From contig NZ_JANPCD010000170.1 of the NCBI RefSeq assembly GCF_031430775.1, positions 6,003 through 70,002 on the forward strand: a DNA stretch of 64,000 bases. The letters are read 5' to 3'. The notes beneath the pieces were generated by a model that worked only from the letters and a program-made list of their open reading frames with translations, made no database searches and was not told the origin of the DNA. Position 1 is the stretch's first letter. The number at the start of each line of letters is the position of its first letter. Of this stretch, positions 56,331-64,000 are shown one piece after another. The stretch comes from Sandarakinorhabdus sp. (lineage in GTDB: Bacteria > Pseudomonadota > Alphaproteobacteria > Sphingomonadales > Sphingomonadaceae). Made by a program: the position numbers and the translations under genes.

Positions 56331-58287
56331 CACCCTGGCACAGCCGCGCACGCTGCCGACGCAGCAGCGCAGCCTGACGATCCGCGCCGACACCTTCGAT
56401 CCGGCCACGCTCGAGCTTGAAGTGGTGGCCAGCACCGGCGCCCGCCGCACAATGTTCGATTGGGACCGCTGGCAGCAGGTTGACGAAGAACTGGCGATCG
56501 ATGCCACCGCCATCCGGCTCGACCGGATGAACAACGGCGCGCCGGTGCTGAACAGCCACCAGTCGCATGAACTGGAAAACCAGATCGGCGTTGTCATCCC
56601 CGGCAGCACGCGGATCGAGGGCGGCCAGTTGCTGGCCCGCGTCCGCCTGTCGCCGCGCGCATCGATCGCCGATGTCGTCGCCGACATTCAGGCCGGCATC
56701 ATCCGCAATATTTCCGTGGGCTATATCGTCCATGAATACACGATTACCGACCGTCCCGGCGAGCGCCCGCTGATGCGCGCCACCGACTGGGAACCGGCTG
56801 AAATTTCGTTCGTGCCCGTCCCCGCCGATCCCGGCGCCGGCGCACGCAGCGAATCCGCGCAGGGCGGCACCCCCTGCATCATCCGCCGCGCGGCCATTGT
56901 GGCGCCGGCCAACCCGGAGGCAACCATGCCCGAAACCACCCCGGTGGCGGAAAACCCATCCGCTCCCATCGTCGCCCGTGCTGCTGATCCGGCGCCGGTT
57001 TCTGCTGTCACCCACGAACCGGCTGTCACTGGCACCGTGCTGCTCACTGCCGCGCGCAATGCCAACCTGTCGCAGGATGACATCGCCGCGCTTCAGGATG
57101 TCCATGCCGCCACCCCGCTGACGCGCACCGCGCTGATGGCCAACATCGGCGAACGCTTTGCTGCTCGTGACATCGCAGCGCCCACCAATGGCCGCGTGCA
57201 GGTCACGCGCGACGCCGGCGATACCGCCCGCGCCGGCTTTGAAGATGTGCTGCTCAGCCGCATGAATGCCCGCCACCAGATGACCGATCTGGGCCGCCAG
57301 TTCCGCGGCATGCGCATGATCGACATGGCCCGCGACATGCTGTCCCAGCGCGGCGCCGATGTCCGCACGCTGGTGCCCAATGAAATCGCTATTCGTGCCC
57401 TTGGCATGGGGACCAGCGATTTCCCGGCACTGATGGCCAATGTGCTCAACAAGCGCCTGCGCGATCAGTATCAGGAAAATCAGCCGACCTACATGCAGTG
57501 GGCACGCCGCGCGGCACCGCTGCCCGATTTCAAGGCGCGTTCCGTCGCGCAGTTGTCGGGCGCGCCCGATCTGCTGCCGGTGAACGAGGCCGGCGAAATC
57601 AAGCACGGTGCCTGGAGCGACAACGGCGTCAGCTATCGTCTGGCGACCTATGCCCGCAACACCACCATCAACCGTCACACGCTGATCAATGACGATCTGG
57701 GCGCGCTCGAACGCTGGGCCGTCGGCTATGCCGCCGCCGCCCGTCGTCTTGAAAACCGTCTGGTCTATGCGCAGCTGACCGGTGCCGGCACCTATGGCGG
57801 CGCGGATCTGTTCACGGTCGGCAATGCCAACCTTGCCGCCGCCGGCGGTGCCATCGGCGCCACCACTCTGGGTGCAGCGCGCACGGCGATGCGGGTGCAG
57901 AAAGGCCGGCAGCTCGAAGAACTGAACGTCGCCCCGCGTTACCTCATCGCCCCGGCGGCGCTGGAGCAGGTCGCGCTCAACTTCACCAGCGCCAACATGC
58001 TGGCCAATGCGGCCGGCAGCATCAACCAGTTCGCGGAAAACGGCCGCACGCCGCTGATCCCGATCATTGATGCCGTGCTTGACGGCGCCAGCGCAACCCG
58101 CTGGTATTTGGCCGCCGACAGCAGCCAGATCGACACCATCGAATATTGCTATCTCGAAGGCGCCGAAGGCGTCCAGCTGGCCAGCAAGGAACTGGGCGGC
58201 GTCGATGGCATCATGTTCGAGGCGCTGATCGACTTTGTCGCTGCCGCCATCGATCACCGCGGCCTGTACGCCAACCCCGGCGCGTAA
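56323..58287 (+). CDS. prohead protease / major capsid protein fusion
   Basis: The N-terminal 190 aa or so are HK97-type prohead-protease-like (NISVGY, EISFVPVPADPGA). An Ala/Pro linker leads to an HK97-fold capsid-like C-terminal domain of about 400 aa. Confidence 0.85.
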   Translation: MPDTLAQPRTLPTQQRSLTIRADTFDPATLELEVVASTGARRTMFDWDRWQQVDEELAIDATAIRLDRMNNGAPVLNSHQSHELENQIGVVIPGSTRIEGGQLLARVRLSPRASIADVVADIQAGIIRNISVGYIVHEYTITDRPGERPLMRATDWEPAEISFVPVPADPGAGARSESAQGGTPCIIRRAAIVAPANPEATMPETTPVAENPSAPIVARAADPAPVSAVTHEPAVTGTVLLTAARNANLSQDDIAALQDVHAATPLTRTALMANIGERFAARDIAAPTNGRVQVTRDAGDTARAGFEDVLLSRMNARHQMTDLGRQFRGMRMIDMARDMLSQRGADVRTLVPNEIAIRALGMGTSDFPALMANVLNKRLRDQYQENQPTYMQWARRAAPLPDFKARSVAQLSGAPDLLPVNEAGEIKHGAWSDNGVSYRLATYARNTTINRHTLINDDLGALERWAVGYAAAARRLENRLVYAQLTGAGTYGGADLFTVGNANLAAAGGAIGATTLGAARTAMRVQKGRQLEELNVAPRYLIAPAALEQVALNFTSANMLANAAGSINQFAENGRTPLIPIIDAVLDGASATRWYLAADSSQIDTIEYCYLEGAEGVQLASKELGGVDGIMFEALIDFVAAAIDHRGLYANPGA

Positions 58288-58321
58288 CCGCCGGCCACGC
58301 TTCCTCCCCAAGGAACCGACT

Positions 58322-58359
58322 GACGGGCTGGCAGGCAACTGCCGGCCCGTCGTCTTTTT
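58322..58359 (+). terminator. hairpin + T-tract after the capsid gene
   Basis: GACGGGCTGGCAG-GCAA-CTGCCGGCCCGTC followed by GTCTTTTT. Confidence 0.6.
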
Positions 58360-58386
58360 CCGCCCAGCCCAGGAAAGGCTCAATCC

Positions 58387-58722
58387 ATGCGCAATTACGT
58401 TCAGCCGGGTGAGATTCTCACCCTCACCGCTCCCTATGCCGTCACCGCCGGCCAGGGTGCGCTTGTCGGCGCCGCCTTTGGCGTTGCCATCAACGATGTC
58501 GCCAACGCCGCCGCCGGTGAATTCGGCCTCACTGGCGTGTTCGACCTGACCAAGGCCGCTGGTGCCAGCACCGGCGGCGCCCAGGGTGCCGCTGCGTTCT
58601 GGAACAACAGCACCCGCGTCGTCACTGCCGTGTCGTCCGGCAACACCCGCATCGGTGTGTTCGCCAACACCGTGGCCGATGGTGACCTGGTCGCCCGCGT
58701 CCGCCTCAACGGCAGCTTCTAA
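58387..58722 (+). CDS. DUF2190-family head decoration/cement-like protein
   Basis: 111 aa MRNYVQPGEILTLTAPYAVTAGQGALVG...; position after the capsid gene. Confidence 0.75.
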   Translation: MRNYVQPGEILTLTAPYAVTAGQGALVGAAFGVAINDVANAAAGEFGLTGVFDLTKAAGASTGGAQGAAAFWNNSTRVVTAVSSGNTRIGVFANTVADGDLVARVRLNGSF

Positions 58723-58728
58723 GCTGCC

Positions 58729-59058
58729 ATGCCATCCCCGCTGCTCGCCTTGCGCACTGTGCTTTTTGCTACGGGTGCATCCGAGGTTGTTACTTATCTT
58801 GCGCCCGTCACGCCGTCGGACCCCAATCCCACGGCAATATCGGTCCGCATGGTGCGCAGCGGGGACATGGCCGGCAGCCTGTCCGGTCAGGGCAACCCCC
58901 TGACCGGCATCAGTTTTGAAATACCCCGCGGCGTGTTGCCGGCTGCGCCGCTGCAAACCGGCGCGATCACCGACACCGCCGGCACGGTCTATCGCATCAC
59001 GCAAGTGACCAATCAGGACTTCACCAACAGCTTCGTCTGCGTGGTGATCCAGCAATGA
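58729..59058 (+). CDS. putative head-tail connector protein
   Basis: 109 aa; assigned by position only. Confidence 0.5.
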   Translation: MPSPLLALRTVLFATGASEVVTYLAPVTPSDPNPTAISVRMVRSGDMAGSLSGQGNPLTGISFEIPRGVLPAAPLQTGAITDTAGTVYRITQVTNQDFTNSFVCVVIQQ

Positions 59059-59486
59059 CGGCCCGGCGCGAATTGATCATTCAGGGCGTGCTGGCGGCGC
59101 TGGCCGCTGTGCCCGGCCTGGCGCTGCCGCCGCTGCGCCAGCCCAATGCCGACCCGACCAGCTACCCGGCGCTCAAGATCGACGATCTGGGCCACACCAA
59201 GCTGGAAAGCGACGCCACGCACAGCCTGTACCGCCTGCGCCTGATGGTGTCCGGCTATGTCCAGGGCGGCACCGAGGCGGCGACCGATGCGGCCCTGAAC
59301 GAACTTTATGGCGATGTGGTGCGCGCCGTGATGGTCGATCCGCAACTCGGCGGCCTGTGCGACCTGATCGACGAAGGCGATCTCGAGCGCGAAGTGTCGG
59401 CGCTGTCGTCCCGTTCCACCGGCGCCATGGACCTGATGCTGTTTATCGAATTCCGCACCCGCACCCACAACCCCGATCTGATTTAA
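59055..59486 (+). CDS. putative tail completion/terminator protein
   Basis: 143 aa; assigned by position; ATGA coupling. Confidence 0.5.
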   Translation: MTARRELIIQGVLAALAAVPGLALPPLRQPNADPTSYPALKIDDLGHTKLESDATHSLYRLRLMVSGYVQGGTEAATDAALNELYGDVVRAVMVDPQLGGLCDLIDEGDLEREVSALSSRSTGAMDLMLFIEFRTRTHNPDLI

Positions 59487-59498
59487 GGAGACATCATC

Positions 59499-60737
59499 AT
59501 GGCTGACGGTCCCATCATTCTTGGCCGGCAGGAGGCAATCCTGTTCAAATTGCAGGCATCGCCCGGCACCGATGCCGCGCCAGTGCCGACGCTCGATGCG
59601 GTCCCGTTCAACCGGGGCACCTATTCCGACGGTGAAGCCACGCGGCTGATCGAGGCCGTGGAAGCGAGCGATGGCCTTGCCGCCGGCGCGCCGGTCATCG
59701 CCGGCCAGTCCGTGCCGATCAGCTTCACGTTCCAGCTCAAGGGCGCCGGCGCCGGCACCACCTACACCTCGGTGATCCGCCCGCCGCATCATGCCGTTTA
59801 TGCCGCCTGCGGCCTCAAGCCGTTTTTTCAGGCGGCTGTGGCCACGACGCTGGCCACCGCCGGCACCACCACCGCCGCCACGTTGCAGACGCCCTATGTC
59901 GCCACGGCGCAGGCGTATCGCGGCATGCCGATGAATGTGACCGCCGGGCCGAATTCCGGCGAGGCGCTGCTGTGTTCCGATTATACCGTGGGCCGTGTTG
60001 CGACCTTTGCCGATCTGCTCGGCACGGCCATGACAGCGGCCTCCAGCATCGCTGTGCCGGCCAACTGGACCTATGCGCCCACGTCGCCGGCCGATGCCGC
60101 CGCCCGCGCCACCGACCATCCCGGCGCGACGCTGTACCGTTATGTCGGCGGCAAGCTGCGCAAGTTCATCGATGTGCGCGGCCAGATCACCATCAACGGC
60201 AATAGCTCGAACGTCGGCACCGCCACGTTCCAGGGCACCGGCACGTTCGTCGATGAAACCGATGCGGCGTTCCCGACCACGCTGGCCATCGCCGGCCATA
60301 GCGCGCCGCTGATCTTGCAGGGCAACAACGTGTCCGAGGCGTTCCTGATCAACCGCCGCCCGCTGGCCATCAGCCAGTTCAGCCTGGCCATGTCGGCCAC
60401 CATCGAAACCCCAGACGATCCGAACACGGCCAATGGCTTTGGCGAAGCGATCATCGGCGGGCGCACGCCGCTGTTCAGCTGCGACCCGCTGCAATCGCAG
60501 GTCGCCACGCGCAACACGCTGGCCGATATCGTGGCTGGCAACCGCTACACCGGCGCGATCCGGGGCGGCTATACCGCCGGCAACCGCTGGGGCCTGACCA
60601 TGCCGCTGATGCAGCCCGTCAGCCGTGCCGAGGCCGACCGGGGCGAAGCGCGCAGCGAAAACACGCAGCTGCGCGTGCTCAACCCCGGCAAGGATGCGCA
60701 GGGCCGGGACAATGACTTCGTCCTGAACTTCTCGTGA
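59499..60737 (+). CDS. putative major tail (tube) protein
   Basis: 412 aa; strong AAGGAG SD; position upstream of the chaperone pair. Confidence 0.5.
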   Translation: MADGPIILGRQEAILFKLQASPGTDAAPVPTLDAVPFNRGTYSDGEATRLIEAVEASDGLAAGAPVIAGQSVPISFTFQLKGAGAGTTYTSVIRPPHHAVYAACGLKPFFQAAVATTLATAGTTTAATLQTPYVATAQAYRGMPMNVTAGPNSGEALLCSDYTVGRVATFADLLGTAMTAASSIAVPANWTYAPTSPADAAARATDHPGATLYRYVGGKLRKFIDVRGQITINGNSSNVGTATFQGTGTFVDETDAAFPTTLAIAGHSAPLILQGNNVSEAFLINRRPLAISQFSLAMSATIETPDDPNTANGFGEAIIGGRTPLFSCDPLQSQVATRNTLADIVAGNRYTGAIRGGYTAGNRWGLTMPLMQPVSRAEADRGEARSENTQLRVLNPGKDAQGRDNDFVLNFS

Positions 60738-61441
60738 TCCCGTCCAGTCTGGCCCCGATTCGCCGCACGCCGCCCTGGCGTTGCGGCGATGACGGGGCGC
60801 CGTTGCCCGGTGCCGTCACCTTTCTGGTGCGGCCCGGCACGGTTATCGAACGCGCCACGCTTGAGGCTGATCTGGCTGGCCCGCCGTACAATGCGCCGTC
60901 GGTGATGCGCCACGAACGGCTCGATACGGCGCTGGCGGCGGTGCACAAGCTGCTCGACGGCGAAGCCCGCGATCAGGCCGCCGAGGCGTTGCAGGCCGTG
61001 CGTGCCGCCTATGTCGCCGGCGAGGCCAAGGACACGCTGGATGATGACCATCAGCAGTTGATCACCGCGCTGGAACCGGGCCTGCGCCTGTGGCCGGATT
61101 ATGCCGCGCTGCTTCAGGCCGAGGCCCGCCGCCAGACCCTGTTGCCCGTCGTGGCGGTGCAGCGGTTCCTGGTCGGGTGGGAGGGTATCGACGACGCGTT
61201 TGAACGTGACCGTTACGGGCTGGTCACCGATGCGTGCATGGCCAAGATCAGCAGCATCGATCTGACATGGCTGGGCTGGCAGGTCTATCAGATGCTGTAT
61301 GCGGAACAGCATCGCCCTTTCTTGCAGCCGCCGTCGCCGTCCGGCGGGAACCGGCCAGTTTCCAGGGCGGGCGCAAGGCGCCGTTTGGCGGCGAAGGCTG
61401 GGACATCGGCGGGCGCATCTGGACCGAAAACCCCCGCCTGA
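60734..61441 (+). CDS. putative tail assembly chaperone (0-frame product)
   Basis: GTG overlaps the upstream stop (GTGA). The sequence is protein-like up to ...QMLYAEQHRPF and low-complexity Pro/Arg/Ala/Gly-rich afterwards. Confidence 0.5.
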   Translation: MIPSSLAPIRRTPPWRCGDDGAPLPGAVTFLVRPGTVIERATLEADLAGPPYNAPSVMRHERLDTALAAVHKLLDGEARDQAAEALQAVRAAYVAGEAKDTLDDDHQQLITALEPGLRLWPDYAALLQAEARRQTLLPVVAVQRFLVGWEGIDDAFERDRYGLVTDACMAKISSIDLTWLGWQVYQMLYAEQHRPFLQPPSPSGGNRPVSRAGARRRLAAKAGTSAGASGPKTPA

Positions 61442-61623
61442 CCCTGCCGCCATGGGTGTGGCCGGTCATCGATATCTGGATGGTGGCGCGCACCCCCGGC
61501 CCGATGGGCGGCATGATGAAACTGTTGCCCTGCGGCGGCGCTGCCGGTGAACAGCCCGCCGCGCTGATGGACGCGCTCGATATGGTCGACGGCCTCATCA
61601 ACCCGCCAAAGGACGACGCATGA
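60734..61623 (+). CDS. putative -1 frameshift fusion product of the tail chaperone (G-T-like), about 296 aa
   Basis: The -1 frame ORF (61234-61623) has no convincing start of its own downstream of the slip site. Its stop overlaps the next gene's ATG (ATGA), which implies ribosomes reach its end. Confidence 0.4.
61315..61321 (+). promoter_or_regulatory. candidate -1 slippery heptamer C CCT TTC
   Basis: X XXY YYZ pattern in the 0 frame of the 60734 ORF; the -1 frame stays open to 61623. Confidence 0.4.
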
Positions 61624-62312
61624 CAGGCCTTGCCGAACTGGTGTTCGATACCGCCGATCTGCGGCGTTTCGCCGGCCGGCTCGAGCGGGCTGTGCTCGAG
61701 GTCGCCCGCGACACGGTGCGCGACGAAGCGCGCAGCCTTGAACGGCAATATGAAAACGCCTTTGAGGCAGCGGGCGCCGGCAAGCTGTCGCGCGCCTGGG
61801 CCAGCGCTGTGTTCCCCAAGACCGGCCTGTCCGAGGCGCCGACCGGCACGGTGTTTCCCAAGGGCAAGGCGCGCACGCGCGGCGCGGTGCAGGCCTTTGC
61901 CGGCGGCGCCCGCATCAAAAGCCGCAGCGGCGATCTGCTGGCGATTCCGCTGCGCGCGGCGGGCCGGCGGTTCGCCGGGCGCGGCAAGGTGCCGCTGTCG
62001 CCGCGCGAATGGGAACAGCGCACCGGGCTGGAACTGTACCCGGTCAAGCTCAAGGGCAAGCTGTATCTGGCCACCGATGGCATCGCGGGCCGCAAGACGG
62101 GGCGGGTCGCGGTCGCCGCCACGCAGCGCCGCCTGGCGCAGGGCCGCGCGGTCAAGCGGCTGCTGATTTTCATCCTGCTGCCGCCGTTCGATTTTGCCCA
62201 GCGCGTCAATCTGGATGGCCTGAACGCCGCCGCACAGGCATCGCTGCCCCGCACGTTCCTCAATCGGTTTCAGGCGCGCGTCGATGCGCTGGAAGGGGCT
62301 GGCGGGGCGTGA
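61620..62312 (+). CDS. hypothetical phage tail-module protein
   Basis: 230 aa, basic; assigned by position. Confidence 0.55.
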   Translation: MTGLAELVFDTADLRRFAGRLERAVLEVARDTVRDEARSLERQYENAFEAAGAGKLSRAWASAVFPKTGLSEAPTGTVFPKGKARTRGAVQAFAGGARIKSRSGDLLAIPLRAAGRRFAGRGKVPLSPREWEQRTGLELYPVKLKGKLYLATDGIAGRKTGRVAVAATQRRLAQGRAVKRLLIFILLPPFDFAQRVNLDGLNAAAQASLPRTFLNRFQARVDALEGAGGA

Positions 62313-62323
62313 CGGATTGCATT

Positions 62324-62563
62324 ATGACCATGGGAATGAACGGTGATGCGTTCCCAGCAAATGTGGCCCAGATCCCCGATGGGTCCGGCTACCGCCACGG
62401 CGCGCAGGCGCTGGCGTTCGTCGGCCTTGCCTGTCTTTTTATCGATGTGTCTGCCGGGCTGGCCTTTCTGGGCGCGTCCGGCATGGTCGCCCTGATCGGG
62501 CAGATCATCGGTTATCTGCACATTCTCGAGCGGCGCCTGATCGCGCTGCACCGGAAACCTTAG
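62324..62563 (+). CDS. small phage membrane protein
   Basis: 79 aa from MTMGMNGDAF; two TM helices. Confidence 0.45.
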   Translation: MTMGMNGDAFPANVAQIPDGSGYRHGAQALAFVGLACLFIDVSAGLAFLGASGMVALIGQIIGYLHILERRLIALHRKP

Positions 62564-62589
62564 CACCAAACCTTAACCGGCACCCATGG

Positions 62590-62616
62590 CCCTGGCAGGA
62601 AACTGCCGGGGTTTTT
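62590..62616 (+). terminator. hairpin + T-tract before the tape-measure gene
   Basis: CCCTGGCAG-GAAA-CTGCCGGGG followed by TTTTT; the 18-nt core is 17/18 identical to the hairpin at 58328. Confidence 0.5.
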
Positions 62617-62635
62617 CGTGTCATCAGGAGCCCCA

Positions 62636-64000
62636 ATGGCATCATCGGCCGAAATCGGCGCCCGCATGACCCTGAACAGCCGGCAGTTCCTGTCGCAGTT
62701 CAGTGGCACCATCGACCAGGCGACGGCGCGCGCCCGTGACGGTGGCCGGCAGATCGGCGCGGCGCTGGGTGAGGAAGCCGGCGCCGGCCTGCGCAACCTG
62801 GCCGGCAACATCCCCGTCATCGGCTCCAGCCTGACCGCCCTGTCGGGGCCGTTGCTGGGTGTGGCCGCCGGTGTCGGCGCCGTGTCGGCTGCGTTCGCGC
62901 TGGGCATCACCGAGGCGGAAAGCTATGGCGATGCCACCCGCCAGCTTGACGCCGTGCTCAAGGCCACCGGCAACACCACCGGCCTGACATCGCAGCAGCT
63001 GCGCGACTTTGCCGACGAACTCGAGGGCAGTTTCGCCATCGGCGCCGAAGAAATCCTGAAGGCCGAACAGGTGCTGTCATCGTTTGGCGGCGTGGCCGGG
63101 TCCACCTTCACCGATGCCATCCGCCTCGCTGGGGATCTGTCGGCAGTTTATGGCGGCGATTTGTCCAGCAATTCCGAAAAGCTGGGCACGGTGCTGCAAA
63201 ATCTGGCGCAGGGCAGCGTCGACGGGCTGTCCAAGGGCTTCAAGTTTCTTGGTGTCGCCCAGATCGAGGCCATCGAGGCGCTGGCCAAGTCCGGCCAGAC
63301 CTATGAGGCGCAGCGCGCGCTGCTCGATGCCCTGAAAAACACAGTCGGCGGCGCGGGTGAAGCAAATGCCGGCGGGCTGTCGGGTGCGTTCTTCAGGTTG
63401 AAGGATGCGTTCGGCGATGGAGCGCGCCAGCTGGCCACCGACACCGGCGCCTATGAGGGCGCGATCGGCGCGCTGGATGGCATGACCAGCGCGGTCGAGC
63501 GCAACCTGAACGCGCTGGAGCGCATCCGCCGCGATGGCATCGGCACCGAATTCGTGCGCGAACTGCGCGAGCTGGCCGGCCTGCCCGTGGGCGCCGATGC
63601 GCCGCGCGTGGCAGCGGCAAAGCCGTTCACCGCCAGCGACCGGGCGCGCGTGGGTCTGGGCGGTGTCGATGATATCGCCGCCCGCGCCGCTGCCGACACG
63701 GCACGGGCCGAAGGCGATGCCGCCCGCGCCACCGAAGCGTTGGCGGCCGCCGCCAAGAAAGTCGCCGACGAACAGGAACGCGCCGGCAAGGCCGTGCTGG
63801 CGCAGGAAAAGGCGCTGCGCGACCTGATCGCCGATGCCGAATTTCAGGCCAGCCTGGCGTTCAAGACCAAGGACGCCGCCGAACAACTGCTGGCCATCCG
63901 CCGCGCCGAACGCGCCGTGGGCCGCGAACTGACAGCGCAGGAACGCGACCGGCTGCTGATCGCCGGCGAGCGCGCCCGCCTGGGCCCGGCGGGCGCGGGC
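62636..64000 (+). CDS. tail tape measure protein (5' partial; continues past the window end)
   Basis: Not in the ORF track because no stop is reached. AGGAG lies 5 nt before ATG 62636. The frame is open for 455 codons. The product is Ala/Gly/Leu-rich and helical with a TM-like segment (PLLGVAAGVGAVSAAFALGI), as in lambda-type TMPs. Confidence 0.85.
   Translation, partial: MASSAEIGARMTLNSRQFLSQFSGTIDQATARARDGGRQIGAALGEEAGAGLRNLAGNIPVIGSSLTALSGPLLGVAAGVGAVSAAFALGITEAESYGDATRQLDAVLKATGNTTGLTSQQLRDFADELEGSFAIGAEEILKAEQVLSSFGGVAGSTFTDAIRLAGDLSAVYGGDLSSNSEKLGTVLQNLAQGSVDGLSKGFKFLGVAQIEAIEALAKSGQTYEAQRALLDALKNTVGGAGEANAGGLSGAFFRLKDAFGDGARQLATDTGAYEGAIGALDGMTSAVERNLNALERIRRDGIGTEFVRELRELAGLPVGADAPRVAAAKPFTASDRARVGLGGVDDIAARAAADTARAEGDAARATEALAAAAKKVADEQERAGKAVLAQEKALRDLIADAEFQASLAFKTKDAAEQLLAIRRAERAVGRELTAQERDRLLIAGERARLGPAGAG

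Larger units (their letters stand above)
36180..64000. mobile_element. temperate lambda-like (siphovirus-type) prophage integrated at tRNA-Cys; right end beyond the window
   Basis: In order: integrase, leftward small-ORF operon, repressor/cro switch, replication module, terS/terL(GpA)/gpW/portal, protease-capsid fusion, tail genes and tape measure. Confidence 0.9.

Noticed and set aside
52493-56687. 669-aa and 670-aa minus-strand ORFs (52493-54502, 54675-56687)
   Set aside because: They are antisense to the GpA terminase and the portal, both of which have clear family signatures. No motifs were found in the antisense products.
58711-58728. Inverted repeat GGCAGCTT-CT-AAGCTGCC spanning the DUF2190 stop codon
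   Set aside because: The loop is only 2 nt and no T-tract follows. It is probably coincidental or a minor structural element.
56137-59055. 972-aa minus-strand ORF across the capsid region
   Set aside because: It is antisense to the protease-capsid fusion, DUF2190 and connector genes. The composition is low-complexity Gly/Ala/Arg/Asp, so I treat it as a high-GC artefact.
1-64000. CRISPR arrays, rRNA genes, IS elements or transposases
   Set aside because: No regularly spaced repeat array, no rRNA-like sequence and no transposase-like ORF were seen. The only mobile elements are the prophage and the small palindromic repeats.

Overview
High-GC (about 65%) alphaproteobacterial chromosome. Gene content and order (ubiB-ubiE / mutM, rpsT-dnaA, TonB-dependent receptor, PEP-CTERM protein) suggest a sphingomonad, but that assignment is an inference. 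Positions 1-36,100 are mostly core genes: ndh, a LexA-box-controlled Y-family polymerase, purS/purQ, ubiB/ubiE, mutM, rpsT, dnaA, small oxidoreductase operons, a BlaI/BlaR1 pair, valS, pcm and tRNA-Gly(CCC). At tRNA-Cys(GCA) (36106-36179) a lambda-like temperate prophage begins and runs past the window end (at least 27.8 kb). It has a tyrosine integrase, a chain of translationally coupled small leftward ORFs and an XRE repressor / Cro-like switch. The rightward early operon carries an NPPY methyltransferase, a ParB/Srx-fold protein, a thioredoxin, a CHC2-Toprim protein and a P4/D5 primase-helicase. The late genes follow: SGNH/LamG protein, Nu1-like terS, GpA terL, gpW, lambda-type portal, protease-capsid fusion, DUF2190, tail genes and a partial tape measure. 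The observations I rate highest are listed here. (1) A 92-bp palindromic element sits in frame inside essential valS. (2) A 52-nt hairpin repeat with compensatory stem changes abuts the 3' ends of two genes. (3) An 11-mer iteron cluster lies just after the primase-helicase gene. (4) The methyltransferase, ParB/Srx and thioredoxin genes are translationally coupled. (5) There is a candidate -1 frameshift (CCCTTTC) in the tail chaperone gene. (6) The phage carries an SGNH-esterase/LamG protein. I found no CRISPR array, rRNA gene or transposase. All function calls rest on motifs read by eye, and no database search was run.
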